A stretch of 62,931 bases of DNA, counting the filler, from Lenisia limosa (lineage: Eukaryota > Protista > Breviatea), in assembly GCA_001655205.1 (NCBI GenBank). It is 16 parts of 16 records of this genome, joined end to end, with 100 filler letters (N's around TTAATTAATTAA, not from the genome) between each part and the next. Parts side by side here need not be neighbours in the genome. Positions count along the whole stretch, not along the records: positions 10,141 to 24,372 come from LPNZ01002413.1; 15 more parts are not named here. One strand, given 5' to 3'. Positions within the stretch are counted from its first letter, which is position 1; each line of letters opens with the position of its first letter. This document shows positions 10,281 to 24,266 of the stretch, piece by piece. The position numbers and the translations under genes were made by a program. The notes beneath the pieces are model-generated. The model saw nothing but the letters and a program-made list of their open reading frames with translations. It had not been told where the DNA came from and searched no databases.

Positions 10281-13200
10281 ATGTTGTTGAGGTGTGTGGG
10301 GGGGGGGTTAAATCCAAACGAAAAAGAAATAAGAAAAATTATCTGTATTTTTTCCTGGGCACAAGGATTTTTATTAAAGCAGTCCACCCCAGGTTATATT
10401 CTGTGTCTGGTCTTGGTTGCCGCGTATACAAGTTTTTACGCCACATTGGCGGTTTTTTTCCCAATCAGGGAAGNNNNNNNNNNNNNNNNNNNNNNNNNNN
10501 NNNNNNNNNNNNNNNNNNNNNNNNNNNNNNNNNNNNNNNNNNNNNNNNNNNNNNNNNNNNNNNNNNNNNNCCAGAAATCCAAACTCTTTTTGGTGAGCAC
10601 ACGACGAATTTCAAATGTGATTTGAATTCTGATGCGTTTGAGCCAATTTGAGTGTGAGATCCGAAGGAGTTACCGCTGTTCTCTCAGCTCAATTTGCGGC
10701 ATTCTAAACTCGATTCGGACTATACTGAGACCATTCACCTTTTTTATCCCTAAAAAACAATCTATTCCTAAAGACTATTTTGGTCAAAAACTGTAGCAAC
10801 TATTTGTCCATGGTTTCACCAGTCAGAACTCACATACCCCGTATTTTGGAAGGTCCTTCCGCATTATTCTGACTGAAGCCGACCTACAACTTCCCGTCTT
10901 CCTCACCGCAATCGACAGCACTACACGCAAAATCATGGTGAGGCTCAACATAATAGAATCATTCTGGTGTACATAAGATTATGGTGCCTTTTCTTCCCCT
11001 TATGTTCAATGTTGTTACTTTTTTGATCACCAATTTACTAGGGACGATTCTTCCTGCGCGTGGCAGACATGAAGCCCTCCATCCCCCATGCTCTCGAACT
11101 TTGCACTGTTGGTGAACGAAAAGGTTTGGGGGGGGGGGCAGCGTCAAGAACAACAAAATAGTCTTCTGTCAGCTTTGGGAAGATCCGCAACGTAGTTTTT
11201 TCTCTTATAGTTTAGGACCGCGTTTGAACGTCATCACATCTCTCCAGTCATTAGCTAGGGAAGACAAACAAAGAGTGGTAAGCTCTTCACAGATGACATG
11301 ATTGATCCATTGGACCAAAAAGGTCAATCAAATAGAGAAATTCAGGAAGCCCTCTTATTTATTCGTACTATGATATCGCTTCAATCACATCCTCTCCTGG
11401 ATTTTTCCTGTCAGAAACGGCAGCTATATTCTTTTAACCGGCCGCAGTCGCACATGAGCCGCTTGGACGTTGGGGTGTCAAGTGTAGTGCTACCTGGCCA
11501 TTCAAGAGTGGGCCTCTTGTTTATGTGGTCGAAATAATCATCTTCCCCTATTCCATACGAGATAATACCCAGATAATTGAGTACTATTTACCTCTGACCT
11601 TAAACCCCAGCCACTGTTTGTTTCTGCCACCTTAGCTCGACCTCGATTTGGTGTCGATCTCAGAAGACAGCTGGAGAGCGAGACCCCCACTTTTTTGGAG
11701 TTTCAAACCGTGAGGCTGGGTACACTTGGTGATAACAAGAGGAGTTCCTTCTGATATATTATAAATCTTAATTTTTGGTAATAAAGTCAATGCAAATACG
11801 ACCTTTTTATCATTTTGCACCCATACATACATATTTTTTTTAATCCCACCCACAGGTTAATACTGCTGAACCAGATTCAATCAAGAATATCGAAACCCCA
11901 GTTTCAATGGTGAGCCTGAACATGAAACCCATGGTTGTCTCAAATTCGCTGGAAAATAGTAATGTGATTGGGGACTGACTAGTAGATATCCGCACCCTCT
12001 TCTCCAAAAACTCCGGGTGACCTCAACGCCAACTTTGTGTTCTTTACTGAGTAAGCTGCTTTATGCACCATTTCCATTTGTACCCTCCGACCATTCGGGG
12101 AAGTTTATTAGATTGTGATTTTACTGAGACAATAACGGTCCAGTTTGGGAGCAGCAGAGGGGCCCTCAGCTCCCCGAATATTCCTTTCGTTTTACGAACT
12201 CCATCCGGGTGCACATCAGAGTGGCGAATATGAAAAAGGTAACGCGCTTTGTTTCTTGGGTTCTACGTGGGCTGCAGATCATAGTCGAATCTTCTTTCAT
12301 CCTTCGAAATTGTTCAATTATGGGTTTGGCGTTCACAGTTCAGACGCTGATCGAAGGGAACTTGGTCCGGTGGCCCAGTTGTTCGCAATGGCTACTATCA
12401 ACTTGGCAACAGTAGGAGTCTTTTTTTTGGGGCTGCTCTCACGGTTTAGTTCCAAAACAGGGGTGACCCAACTTCAAACTACATGTCCCCCACCGCACTT
12501 CCCCTCGAATTCCCGCCTGATGCCGGGGTAAGCTTTGCTAATATGATTGGTACAGTATTTGACTCTTCCCCATGTCATCTTTTTAGGATGTTATGGCCCA
12601 CTCCACTGTGTCGTGCTTGAAGGCCCTACCTTCTGACCACTCATACTACTTGGATTCTGGGCAATGGGGTGTGTTTGGCTCATGGATATTGACACATGGA
12701 TATCGTCCTCATAGGGTTTGGCATTTCCCTCTCATCATCTCTTTATATCTGAAAGGAGTTTTTTCTTCGCAATTTGGAAATTCAATGCTTCATTTTTGCA
12801 GAGCCAATTGTTCCTCCGGTCCCACCACTTCCCCTCCGACCAAGTTCGGCTGGCTCCGCTCCTCCCCCCACAGCGTAGGCTTGACGTTATTGCTTTACTT
12901 ACACACTAATAGAGCCTCGCAGAATTTTACTTTTTCTTGCTTTCCACTTTTCTGACTTCACAGAGGAGAGGAAGCTCCTGTTCAACGTGATGCTGGTAAA
13001 AAGTAGGATTTGCCCTTTGTTATTCTTATTCCACAGGTGGCTTGAAAAAGACAGTCAATCTGGGCGACTGACGTCTGCGAACCTCAGGCAACTGGAGGGA
13101 GCAAACGGTATGTCTTGTGTCTGAAGGAAGAGTCTTCCTGGCGAAGTGTTTTATGGGTGCCTATGTTGGCTTTACTGCAAAAAAAGGGTTGTATCAGCCG

Positions 13201-16200
13201 TCAGTCTTCTTTCTTTTTCACCTTTTTCAGATACTGTAAATGGACCGCCAAAGGAAGCATGGGGAGCAAGTAAGCGCTATATAGGAAATATATATATGTA
13301 TGTATATATATATTTTTATATATTATATATTTTTACTTTTAAATGAAGTATCCCACACCATGTACCATCATAACTATATATTGATATGTAGTATATTGCA
13401 CATCATAAAGCCACATAAATACATGTATTTCTATAGTGGCAGCGAAGGCTGAGGTGTTCTAATATTGACAGGGGCAACGTCACGCGACTCTTCAATGAAC
13501 AATGGCCCTCCCACCCCCTTACTTCGCCCCTCAAGTACACAGGCTTCTGGTTGGGGGATTAGGCATTAAAAGCACATTGAAATGGTTGAAATCATCATCC
13601 CATTATCTAATTCATCGTCCATTACCACTCGTAGAAGGGGGCTCCTCCGGGATCAGGGATCTTCACGCTACCCAGCCGAAATCCAAGTCTCCCCCAAAGC
13701 CTAAAATGCAGCCTGCTAAATCAAGAAAGTTTAGACAAGTTGGCTTGCTATATTTTTCTGTTTTCTGTCTTTTGTTTGATATTATGCAATAATTCAATAT
13801 CTCTTATAAGCGTGATTGGCTTCGGCCAAATACAATCTTGTTTTTTAAATCTCATTGCTATACATACATATCATATGATATGATAGAGTCTAACATACCG
13901 CAGCTTGACGATGATGACGAATTCGACTTCCCCCTGACGGACTCGTCTTCTCGACCCTTGAGCCGGGTCAGCCGACCTGAGGCCCCGGTTAGTGTCGTTT
14001 CTGAGAATTATTTAACCAAAAGTTACTTCTCTAAGGATTATAATCAAAAGGCAGAGATCCCTGATAACCAAAATCGTAACATTCACAAATTACTAATATA
14101 TATCGGAGGTTCCTTGGTTGGTGATAGACATGATTGTTAAAGCCCCCCCCCCCTCTAAGGTAGAATCAAAATGTTACTTATATATTTCAGGACCCAATAC
14201 CCGTCGAGCCGAAAAGAAGACCACGAGATTTCGGCCGAACAGGTAAGTTCTTGTCACTCTTGACATCTTTAGACAGGCGCCGAGAGCAGCCCACCCGGGA
14301 GCCGCTATCGCATCGAAGCCAGGATCCAGGGCACATGCCGCGTACCGGGCGACGCACTGACCGCACCGCTGACCCTGATGAAGTTGGCGGCGTCAGGGGA
14401 ACGTGGTTCTATTGCGGGGCAAAAATAAAACAATGTTGCGATTTTTTTTTTTGAATTTCTAAACGCTATTAAGTTCAATAGTATTGTCTTTTTCTCCGAT
14501 GATTGGGACTGTTCTCCTATTTCGTTTGCTGTAATGATACTTAGGTCACATTTCTCCAACGCCAAGTTGCTGAAAGGACAACTGCAATTAAAGAAGTTGG
14601 CTTCATGTTTTAACACTTATTCGTTCTTGATCATTCTGACATATCAGCTCGGTGGCGAGCTCCAGAGGTTGAGAGGAGAAGTCACGCGGCTTGAGGCTGA
14701 AAACAACAAGTTCAGGAGAGACTTGACCGACCTGGATAACCCTGTTATTGACAAAGGTAACCTTTTTTCATACCGTAATAATTATGATCTTGGTTCCAAA
14801 AACAATTTAACGGAGTACTTTCTCAACCGTAATTTTCCAGAAAAGCTAGGTCCATTGAGCAGGGAAGAACTAATGGTCCGAATTGGTGTTCTTAGTTTGA
14901 AGTTGAAGGAAGCAAGACAAACAGGTAAATTTTTTTTAACAAAAGTCCAATATTTATTATTATATTTAGACTCAGTTGGGCAGAGGAGAGTGGAGAAACT
15001 TCAAAATGAGCTTCTTGAGAGTAATGCTGCTGTCCTTGAGGTAGGCTCCTAAAATATATCAAGCATCTTTGTTGGTTTCCCCCTTAGATCTCTTGATACT
15101 GCTTTTACGTTGCAGGGGAGCAGTCAACAATCCGGTTTGAAGAAGGCACACACGCAACAAGCTCAGAAGCTTCAAGACCTTTCCATTCAGAACCAAAAGG
15201 TACCCACTGGCGATCCAACTCTCTCACCATTTCAGCTGAAGAAATACCGTGACACAGTGAAACAGCAGGAGAAAGTGATTCTACAACTGGAGGAGATTCT
15301 CCGAAGAAGGGTGAAAGGTGAGATTCATTATTTCCCCCTTGGATTCATTGATGAAGATCCCCAAGCCAAAGACCACGCAATGTTCCTTCAAACAAGGGTG
15401 GAAGACCTTCAGAAGCAGGCCGATAAATGGATGAAACAGTCGAGTGAAGCCACAACAACGGTAAGACGGGAGCCATCAAAATAGTAAATGATCGGACACT
15501 GTACATCACCAACACTAACTGACCTCTAGGCTGATTCTGAGCGACTGAAAGCGGAACGACTAACGGCTGAAGTCTCAACTTTGAAGTGAGTTGAGGAGAA
15601 TCCTCCCTCTTGCAAGGGTTAACAGAAAGACTGACACTGACATTGCAGAATTCAACTTCAGACCCAGACAGCGCAGGCTATGCAAGCACAACAGGCCCAG
15701 CAAATGGCCCAAATGTTCAGTCATGGCCCGGCATACCATCCACCGCCGCAGCAACAGGTAAACAACTGGCTTAAAACCAAAAAATGACAATAATGCTCGA
15801 CTCGTCTAACTTTTTATTCTTGCATTGTTTTTGAGCAAGTTTCACACCGTAGATGCCCCAAGGAGACTCTGTCGAAACAATGCGCCTCAGGTGAGACCAA
15901 CTTATTCATAAGATCAAAACGACTAATTCCAAACAATAACTTATTATTACGATTGGAGAGGGATATGATATGAACATAGTAGCTGCTTCATTAGTTTTTT
16001 GGACTGAAGGAAGCTTGATTTCCGTTGTTGACCTGTTCTTTAGAGCTGAACTGCAATCTGCTCACAACAAAATCGTTTCATTAGAATCTAAAATCAACAA
16101 ACTGGAGGAAGAGGTTTGAGATACCAACTTTTATCCTTTGGCCTATTATGATTCAGTGCTGACTATTTAGCTTTCTGCAAAGCCAAAAGCAGCAGCCCCG

Positions 16201-16727
16201 GTCAAAATGACAGGAAACGCCCAAAGTATATGAGAAAAGAATTCATAGAAACAGCCAAAATAGAATAAACAATATACACTTTGGTGTTCTCATCGATATC
16301 GTGTCATACATAATAAATAGCATAGATCAATCTAAAGTCATAAAATCTGTGATGTGCTTTATACTTTTGACCTCTTAGCACTGACGTTGGTTATGAGAGC
16401 TGAGAGAGCAGAAACGAGGGTAAAGAGCTTGGAGGCCCAATTGCACAACAATGCCAAAACAGCAGCTTCTACAATTGCAAGCCTGAAGGTGAGAACATGT
16501 TCTATCGCCTTGACTTTATGATACTTATGGACATAACGCATTTTGTTAACATTAATGTATTAAAGATACTCCACCCCCACCTGAATACACTTTGGTACAT
16601 ATTATGTATATAATCATATCCAAATAGGTACATGCCTAGATTTTGTTGTCCTTGTTTTCATAAGTTTTAGTCTGAGGTGACCGCACTTCAACTGCAGTGT
16701 GCAATGTCAGAACGATCACACGTCTAA
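10281..16727 (+). CDS. CCDC33: CCDC33-like protein (C2-type N-terminal region plus C-terminal coiled coil), many short introns
   Basis: C-terminal exons LSREELMVRIGVL, RRVEKLQNELLESN, LKKYRDTVKQQEKVILQLEEIL and RAERAETRVKSLEAQLHNNAK resemble the CCDC33 coiled coil (QEKVIEKME.., SLESQL). Last exon SEVTALQLQCAMSERSHV* ends at TAA 16725-16727. The start ATG is uncertain. Confidence 0.65.
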
Positions 16728-16809
16728 CTTTTTATTATTGTACACTTGTATTTTGGATGTTTTGCTTTTTTGTAGTCTATTTGTACTCATTTAAATTTTG
16801 AACCATTAT

Positions 16810-17620
16810 GAATATGATTGATAGATGTTGTATAAAAAAAAGGGAGTCAGATACATAACAGACAACGCGCTTTCCTTTTGTATTACCATCGTAAATACAG
16901 GCCCCCAATTGGAATCAACGAAGTAGCTCAGCGGTCTTCGTAAAAGCAGCGTCTGTCATGGTTAAATTTTCATTTGAAAAAAAAAGCAACTCCATACATC
17001 TCAATGTAGCAAGAACACTGATAGGTGGTTGATAGCAAGAAACTATCTTTCGTGCGCTCAACATCTCTTACCTCACATAGCCTCTCTTCATGAAAACGGC
17101 GATTCTGCATCTTGTGGTGACGTGAGGGTTTGCCTTTTTCGGCTTGCTTGAACGTGGCCAGAATCCTAAAACATTAAGAAAGAACAAAGGGAGAGAGAGG
17201 TGCAAAAAGGGGCAACCTACCTCATCAACAGCCTTCTCATCCTCTTGCTCTTGCTCCTCTACCTTCATTAGCTCTTCTTCTTCATCCTTTTCAAGCTCCA
17301 AGTCAAGAGCCACGTTGAGGGGGTCGAAAGGCTTCAGCAGTTCATCAGTGGTGAAGGTGATCCGCTCAAGATCTTCCTTTGCTAATGGTTGTATATCATC
17401 AGAAAAGCTACAACTTGGTGTGGCAGAGCTGAGAGGCTTTGAAAGAAGCAGTTCTAGCTTTTGAAACATATTTTCTGCTTCTATCAACTCCTTTTTTGTT
17501 AGGGAAAGCCCTTCTTTCACTTCTGTCAAGTCGTTCATCCTGTTTAATTGAACTTGAAATGCATCAAACGGGAAAAATTAATATTCCCAAGAACCTGGGG
17601 TTCCGATACACAGTTTGGGA
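16810..17620 (-). CDS. Small acidic coiled-coil protein of unknown function
   Basis: Open exon about 17221-17539 (MNDLTEVKEGLSLTKKELIEAENMFQKLELLL...ELEKDEEEELMKVEEQEQEDEKAVDE|GT) and downstream exon MQNRRFHEERLCE|GTAAG. Both ends are uncertain. Confidence 0.45.
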
Positions 17621-17968
17621 TGCTGTTCACCCCGGATCCACACATCATACACCCACAGCACCCTGTACCCGTGTGTCATCAAGGGGGGTCCAGAGTCATG
17701 TGCAGCTTGTTTGTGGAGTTTTATTTTTTTTTCTTTAAAAAAATCTGGGGACTCATTGTATCATTTTTCAAAACCAGAATTATTACCATAAAAGGCAAGT
17801 GAGTCTGTTGTCGTCAACAAATGAACAGAATTTCCAGAATTGATAAAAACAAACAAAATATCAAATTAAGAAGAACTCTCTTAAGTATTTGCATAACAGT
17901 GCGCAACACAACCCAATCTACCCTCGATCCCAATTCAATTTCGGCATTTCTGTGGTCAGTCAAAGCCC

Positions 17969-20494
17969 ATGGCGTCCCCAGGCGAACTACAGGAGCCCGC
18001 TGCAGACAGAAAGATAACTACTGCTGCACGGCAGTCTACCTCTTCACATGATCTGCTCTACCTCTTTAAAGCAGCCAACACAGAGTGTCACAAACTCGAA
18101 CTCAAAGTGGGTGATGCTGTCCATTTGACATTGTATTTTTGAATATTGTAAGTTGCAATGGTATTATCAAACTACAAATGGAGAGGTTTATTCAAAAAGA
18201 ATAGAAATAATCAGAATTATTTTTGATCTTTTAAGAACTATACCCCGGGCTATCGGAAATTTGGCTTCGTGAAAAGACACAAGAAATACCGTGCCCTTCG
18301 ACAAGAGTTGTTGGAGGTCATTTTCAGGATGTTTGAGGTTAGCACACATATCTTATCACCTTCATGGTGTGATGTATTGGATATCTTTAAAACATAAATA
18401 CGGTATTGCCTTCAGTCTCTCACTCCTTGAATAGTAAATGTAATTGACTGAATTTATCCTCTTTCTTGTAATTCCTCTGACCTTCCCTTCAGGTCTGGGG
18501 AGTCAGACAACATCCGCGGACATACCGACGGTACTACAGCACACGGGCTTGTGCCGGCTTAGATAGGTACCTTGAGATTGTTTTAGCCGAAGCTGAACGA
18601 ATAACTCGACCACATCCACTGATTGTCCCCCTTGTCGGCTACGGTTTTGTTTATGACGAGGCAGAGAGACTGGTTGCTGCTTTTAATGAGCTCAGGTTTG
18701 TTCTTATTGATCATATCTATTCCAAGTCAACTATATTATGATTTTCCCCCTTTGAATAGCATCTCATCTGAACAGAGTGGCATTGTCCCTTGTCGACTAT
18801 TCCCACTTAGCAGACACAACAGATGACATGGTTAGTTGATAGATGTAGTGGCTCTTTTTTGAAAACATATTGACAAAACTATAATTTTGATACTATTTTA
18901 TGTACTTATTATTCCCTCAAAACATTGTGTAATATGTTGGGACAAAATCCTTAGCTTACAAGCTCCAAATGACAGTTCAGGCATCAGGTATTCTTCGAGC
19001 TATGAAATGGTTTGACCATTGTTGGGCGAACTTTGAGGGACCCTTCACAAGAGCGGTTTTCGGATTCCAACCAAATAATGTGAGCTTTATGTTGATGCAA
19101 TAGGGTATATCATACTTCTTGTACAAGCAATCTTTTTGTTGTTAAATTGCTGATCAATTAGTCCCATCCAAATGACCCACTTGGTGATACGAACAGCCTT
19201 GTTAACAACGCTCTTTCTGGTGCAATGGCAAATGGTAATGATAAAATACACTATTCCACATGACTACTGACTCTCTTTATTGATTACCATGAGTTTGACA
19301 ATGTAGGAATTATTACGGACACTGCACTTGCCGATTTAGACCCCTCGCTTTTCGTTGCTCTTCCGCGCCTTGCTGTTGTCGAGGGTGAGAATATACAGCT
19401 TTTTAACCCACGACTCTTACTGAACATTTTTGATATATACTTAACATTTTAGGTTTATGTAAGCCTTCCTCCTCGCAAGCTCAAAAGTATGCTGGGGTAA
19501 TGGATGGGTAAAGCTAGGCACATCAATTCTAACCCACACAGGCAACCAAATACCCCCTCTGCCACCTCGTCCCCTGCACACTACCGCATCAAACATCCCA
19601 GCAAGCTCACCACCACTCCATTCTCTCCTATTTCACTCCGTTCACCAGTCACTTCAAGGTTTGTCAATGGTTTTCATATGAATGGAAAACATTGTGTCTT
19701 TGTCAACTAATATTCAAATATCGCTTTATAAAGACCATTTCCAACTTGCCCATTGAGTCACAATGCAGTCCCTATGTTGCTTCGCCGCCAGCAGTGGCCT
19801 TACCCTTAGCGCGGCTTTGCCATGAGGGTGGCATTAGCCCTTTCGGTCTGGCTAGGTTCGCTTGTCCCCTCTATTGAACTTCTGTAAAGTGGACAAAGAT
19901 TCCAGTAGCTAACCAATTAGGGAGATTCGCGCTCTGGATGACCGAAGCAGACGGCATTTAGCCTACCGTCTGGTGTACGGAACGGTGGGATAAGGCGGTA
20001 AAGGACGGAATGTCAATACATGTTTTGTAACATACAGAGATTTCTGTCTCAAACAAAGTGCAGCCTTTACAATGCAGGAGGAGGACGCTGCCTCACTGTA
20101 CGACCCTGATGAGGTGCCTGCTGCACCATCCCCAATTGCTCCAAGACAAGCTGACAAAGTTGAAGACTTATTCACCAAAGTGGGACTCTGGGTTGAAAAT
20201 ATGTGATGTTGTATTATGTCCCACGTCAATTTGACATTGTTATTACAGTAAACACTTGTCCATTTTCTTACTGTAAAGGTGTGTCGGACTGCAGATCCCC
20301 TTTTGACAGGAAAACAAGTAAGCCATTCTTATTTCACTACTGGAAACGTCTTCACATCACCCTGCCCCTCTCACGTTAAGGTCAACTATGTGAGCCAGGC
20401 CATCATGAAGGCTGTTGACAGAGTCGAGGCAGATAAGAAAGCAGAGGCAAGGAGAAAACGCCACCAGGCTCGGGCTAAAAGTGAGGCTGGCTGA
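17969..20494 (+). CDS. LST2/ZFYVE28 N-terminal-domain-like protein with no FYVE finger
   Basis: ATG 17969 (MASPGELQEP..). Exons ILRAMKWFDHCWANFEGPFTRAVF, NNALSGAMANG|IITDTALADLDPSLFVALPRLAVVEGL and VEDLFTK|VCRTADPLL match ZFYVE28 [40 protein letters not shown] and LFVCISGVADQL (recalled). It ends at TGA 20494, or at 20676 via a GC donor. One exon junction near 18570-18600 is unresolved. Confidence 0.65.
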
Positions 20495-21266
20495 GCCTCA
20501 AATAAGATTGAATTCCTAATCCTCAAAATCGTTAATGATCAACAATCACCTCTCAGCTGCTACAAAACTCGCTATCGTTGCTCCGGTCCCATCTGCCTCC
20601 GGAAGGATGATGTATGTACCCCATGAACTAATAATATTCACTACTTAGGTCTGCTTGTGTTGACATCAGCCAATAATGTTTATCTATCTTATCGCATCCC
20701 TATTATCTAGTTATATATTGTTTTATTTCGTTCAAATCTAGTTTCAATACTTGACCAGTTGTGGTTGTACAAGTTCCATATCGCATAAAAAAAAACAGTT
20801 ACCTTACACTAGTCCACACGACTGTACTAACAATCTACCAATAAATACGTTCAAACCATGCTTCAGTCTCGCTTTGCTCGCGCGTTGTACTGATTTGCAG
20901 CCGAAAGAAGACTGTTTATTGTCTTGTCAAACTCTGCCCTGTCAGCCTCAAATTGGGCTTCCAACCGAATAATTTCTGCCTACAAATAATGAGTTACCTA
21001 AGAATGAAATCACAAGAAAACTGAACCACCAACTTTCAGAACTTTTCTCTCTGAACTGGCTCGATTAGCCCCAACAACTTGGGTAAACTGTTCTCGCGCT
21101 TTGTTGATTTTGACTACATTGTGAATTCAAAAAATATAATTCTTGGCCAACAATAATGAACTCATCTAAATATGGGTTGTAGTGCATGGCATGATGAAGG
21201 AGGGTTCTTGTGAGTGAATCATTTTGGATAAAATTTAGTTATTTCTGAAAAGATGGTATCAATAGC

Positions 21267-24266
21267 TCATAAAATACAATCAGAAAAGATGATGATGAAT
21301 GAGTGCATTGTATTAATATTAGTTGCACTTTTGTCCTTCGGATCAGCCAGGACTATCATTGTGAGGTGGTATTGACCTGTGCACTTTGAAGGTCTTGCTC
21401 CCCCAGTACTCTGAAGGTCTTGAAGCCATTTCACTGCAACGTTATGTCGCTCTGTGGCTTTCTTCTTTGCTGACTGAGAAAACTGCTTCAACTGCTCAAC
21501 CTTCACTTCTTCGGGCTTTGGCCAGCCTAAGACATTAAACCACTCCAGCCAAAAGGCAGAACTAACCCTCTGGTATGGGTGCAGTTGAAACGTTGTCATC
21601 AGGTTTGTTCTTTTTTGACTTGTCTTTCTTCTTCTTTTTAGATTGAAGCTCCTCTTCATTTTGGCAATTTTTCTTTGCCTTCTTTTCTTCGTGCTTCCTC
21701 CGTTTTGCCTCTATAACAATCACAGGAAAATGAAATCATTTCTCAAACAGAACAAATATCAAAATCTGTTGTTAGCAGGGCTGTCCTTGATAAATAGTAC
21801 ACCCATTTTCGGTAAATTAAAATCCTACCTTCACGTTGTTCTTCGATTTCTCTTAGATGTGACTGAATTCTCCGTTCAATTTCATTCGCCAAAAGCTGCT
21901 CCGGTACTCTAAAGATGTTATGCAATTGAGGCTTTTACCGTCTTGGTACTGAGGGGGAAGTGAATTGAGACGATGGGGTAAGTATCTCGGATCTATGTCT
22001 TTTGAGATTGTCAGGTACCTTAGGAATCTAAAATGAATGAAAAGAAAACCATCACAAGCTGAAATAGGGAACATTAAAATTCGATGAAACAGTGACAATT
22101 TCTTCTTGAGATAATTACCTGGTTTCTCTGATCATTCACTCCTTGGAGCTGATTTTGAAACGAAACACTTTGCGATGCCAGCTGGTTGTCGAAGGTGTTG
22201 GAAGGAAGTTGGTTGCTGAAGTTTGGCGGACGGAAAACGCTACTCAAAGCGTCAATGTTTGAAGGGGCTGAAACAATGAGGACTTGACGTAATTAGGATG
22301 AAGATGGGAGAAATAGTGATTGGATACTCCAGCGGCAAAACTATAGAATGGTCCAAATAATCACATTTTAAAGGATTATTGCAGTAGTTCACCTTTCAGC
22401 GGTTCTTCAGGATTCTTCAACCAGTTTTCACAGACTCTCAGCCCCTTAGTTGGTATCTAAAGAGTAAAGCTAAGCTAAATAAACAAACATATTTCTGTAA
22501 CTCTTGGATTGTTTCATGGAACGCGAGAACTCGGCTATCTGCTCGAATTGCTCCGACAGAAAAACCGGTCACCTAAAACGTTTAAGCTGCTACTCGTGTT
22601 CCCCAGCCAGGTTTCATCTACGTACCAAAAAAGGACAAACGGCTACTTTCAATACAGTGAAAACCCCACCTGGAGGCCCTTGAGGCATCTGGCCCTTGAC
22701 AGAGCAACATAGGCCTGGCCACAGTCAAATATCCTACCCAGCTCGGTGGTCATCGAGTCGAGAGAGAGCCCCTAAAATGTCATTGCAATATGACAATAAT
22801 CGTGACGTGAAAGTAATACGTATAAAAATTCACTCTTACAACCGTTAAAGCTCCATACAAACTCTAAAAAGAATATCAATTTCACACCTGGGATTTGTGG
22901 ATGGTAAGAGCCCAGGCAAGTCGGAGGGGAATCTGGTTCCGCTCTGTAAGTGTTACAAGGAGAGTGAAGTAAATTTACCGAATATCAATGAAAAATCCAG
23001 AATCAAAAGGTTGAAGAGAATATGAGCTTTATTCAGAATATATTACATAACATGATGTGCAAACCTGCAAGCACCCTTTTGCCAGTTGGGTCCATGAGCT
23101 GATCGTTGGTTCGCTCAATTTCAACAAGGCCATGTGAAAATTCAACAATCGGATTACCACTTTCTTCATTAAAGGACCTGACTGCTCCCTGAAGGGTGAG
23201 ACGTAAGGCTTTACTTCGGGTTGGGAAGTTGTATATTTTTTGATAGGTAGTTAATTTAGAATTTTCTGGGTTAGTGGTGAAGCCATACTATATTAAGCAA
23301 CCACAGTTCAGCCTTACTCTAGAGCCATTGACGAGTATTGTGGATGTGTTATGCAGCAGCATAACTTGCGCACCAACCCGAAGCTCCAGTGTCTACGGTT
23401 GTCAAAACCTAGGGGGGGGGGGACTCATTGCTTTTCATTTACAACTGCTCAGAGCAAGGTCCGTTTCGTTTAACAGCGTACCTCGAGTAGCCTGGTGCCC
23501 TTTTGAAGATTGGACAGTTCCGGATTCCTTCCACGGTCGCGGCATCTAAAGAACTATAAAGTGAAGGAAATGGTGTTTAAGGGTGCCAGAGAATTTAGCA
23601 CAGAAAAATCTAGGGATGCATAATTATAAGAAGTCCACCTTTGAGGCACCAGGGAGGCTTGTAAGTCGCGCCAAGTTTATTTTGTCAACATCCGCATTAT
23701 GACTGAACAGTTTTGTCGGCTCAATACTCCCCTGAAAAAATTGAATTGTATTTTCAAGAAAATGGAAGTAATGTGAACTATGTACGTATCATATCTGATA
23801 TGCATATAGTACATACATATATGTATATGAGGCTCAACAAGGCTTACTGGGGGAAGTGGTCGTTGTAAGCTCGTAAGAAGGTCAATAGATGTTTGCCCCA
23901 ATCGACCAAAACGGCACTCATTCAGCATGTTCAGGAATGTAGACTCCTTTTGTCGGAAAACCTTGGAGGTGAGGGGACTGAGATGATCCAACCTTCCTCA
24001 ACTCTACCAGATAAGGGAAACACTCTGCCCATTTTGATGACTCAAAGCACATTCTACTGCGTTATCTTAAGGAAAATCAAGTTACCTGGTTTGATTATTT
24101 TTGTTCACTGGAGGTAATTGGAAAAAGTCTCCAGAGAAAATGAGTTGAATTCCTCCAAAAGGAAGGTTTGATTCTGGGGTGTAAAAAAAAACAAGATGGC
24201 CAGACTTTTCATATTTCTTGCGATTTCCTCCACGACTTCGAAAACTTTGGTATCCATCATAGAAAT
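21267..24266 (-). CDS. PIF1: PIF1-family 5'-3' DNA helicase, N-terminus missing, with a long C-terminal tail
   Basis: Motifs in order: [95 protein letters not shown]|[28 protein letters not shown]|VTGF. Confidence 0.92.

Noticed and set aside
18237-18570. Cyclin-box resemblance (RQELLEVIFRMFE..)
   Set aside because: It is weak, and downstream exons fit the LST2/ZFYVE28 domain much better.
21267-24266. PIF1 as a Helitron or other transposon helicase
   Set aside because: It is intron-rich and embedded among host genes, with no HUH/Rep domain or element ends visible. The missing N-terminus prevents absolute exclusion.
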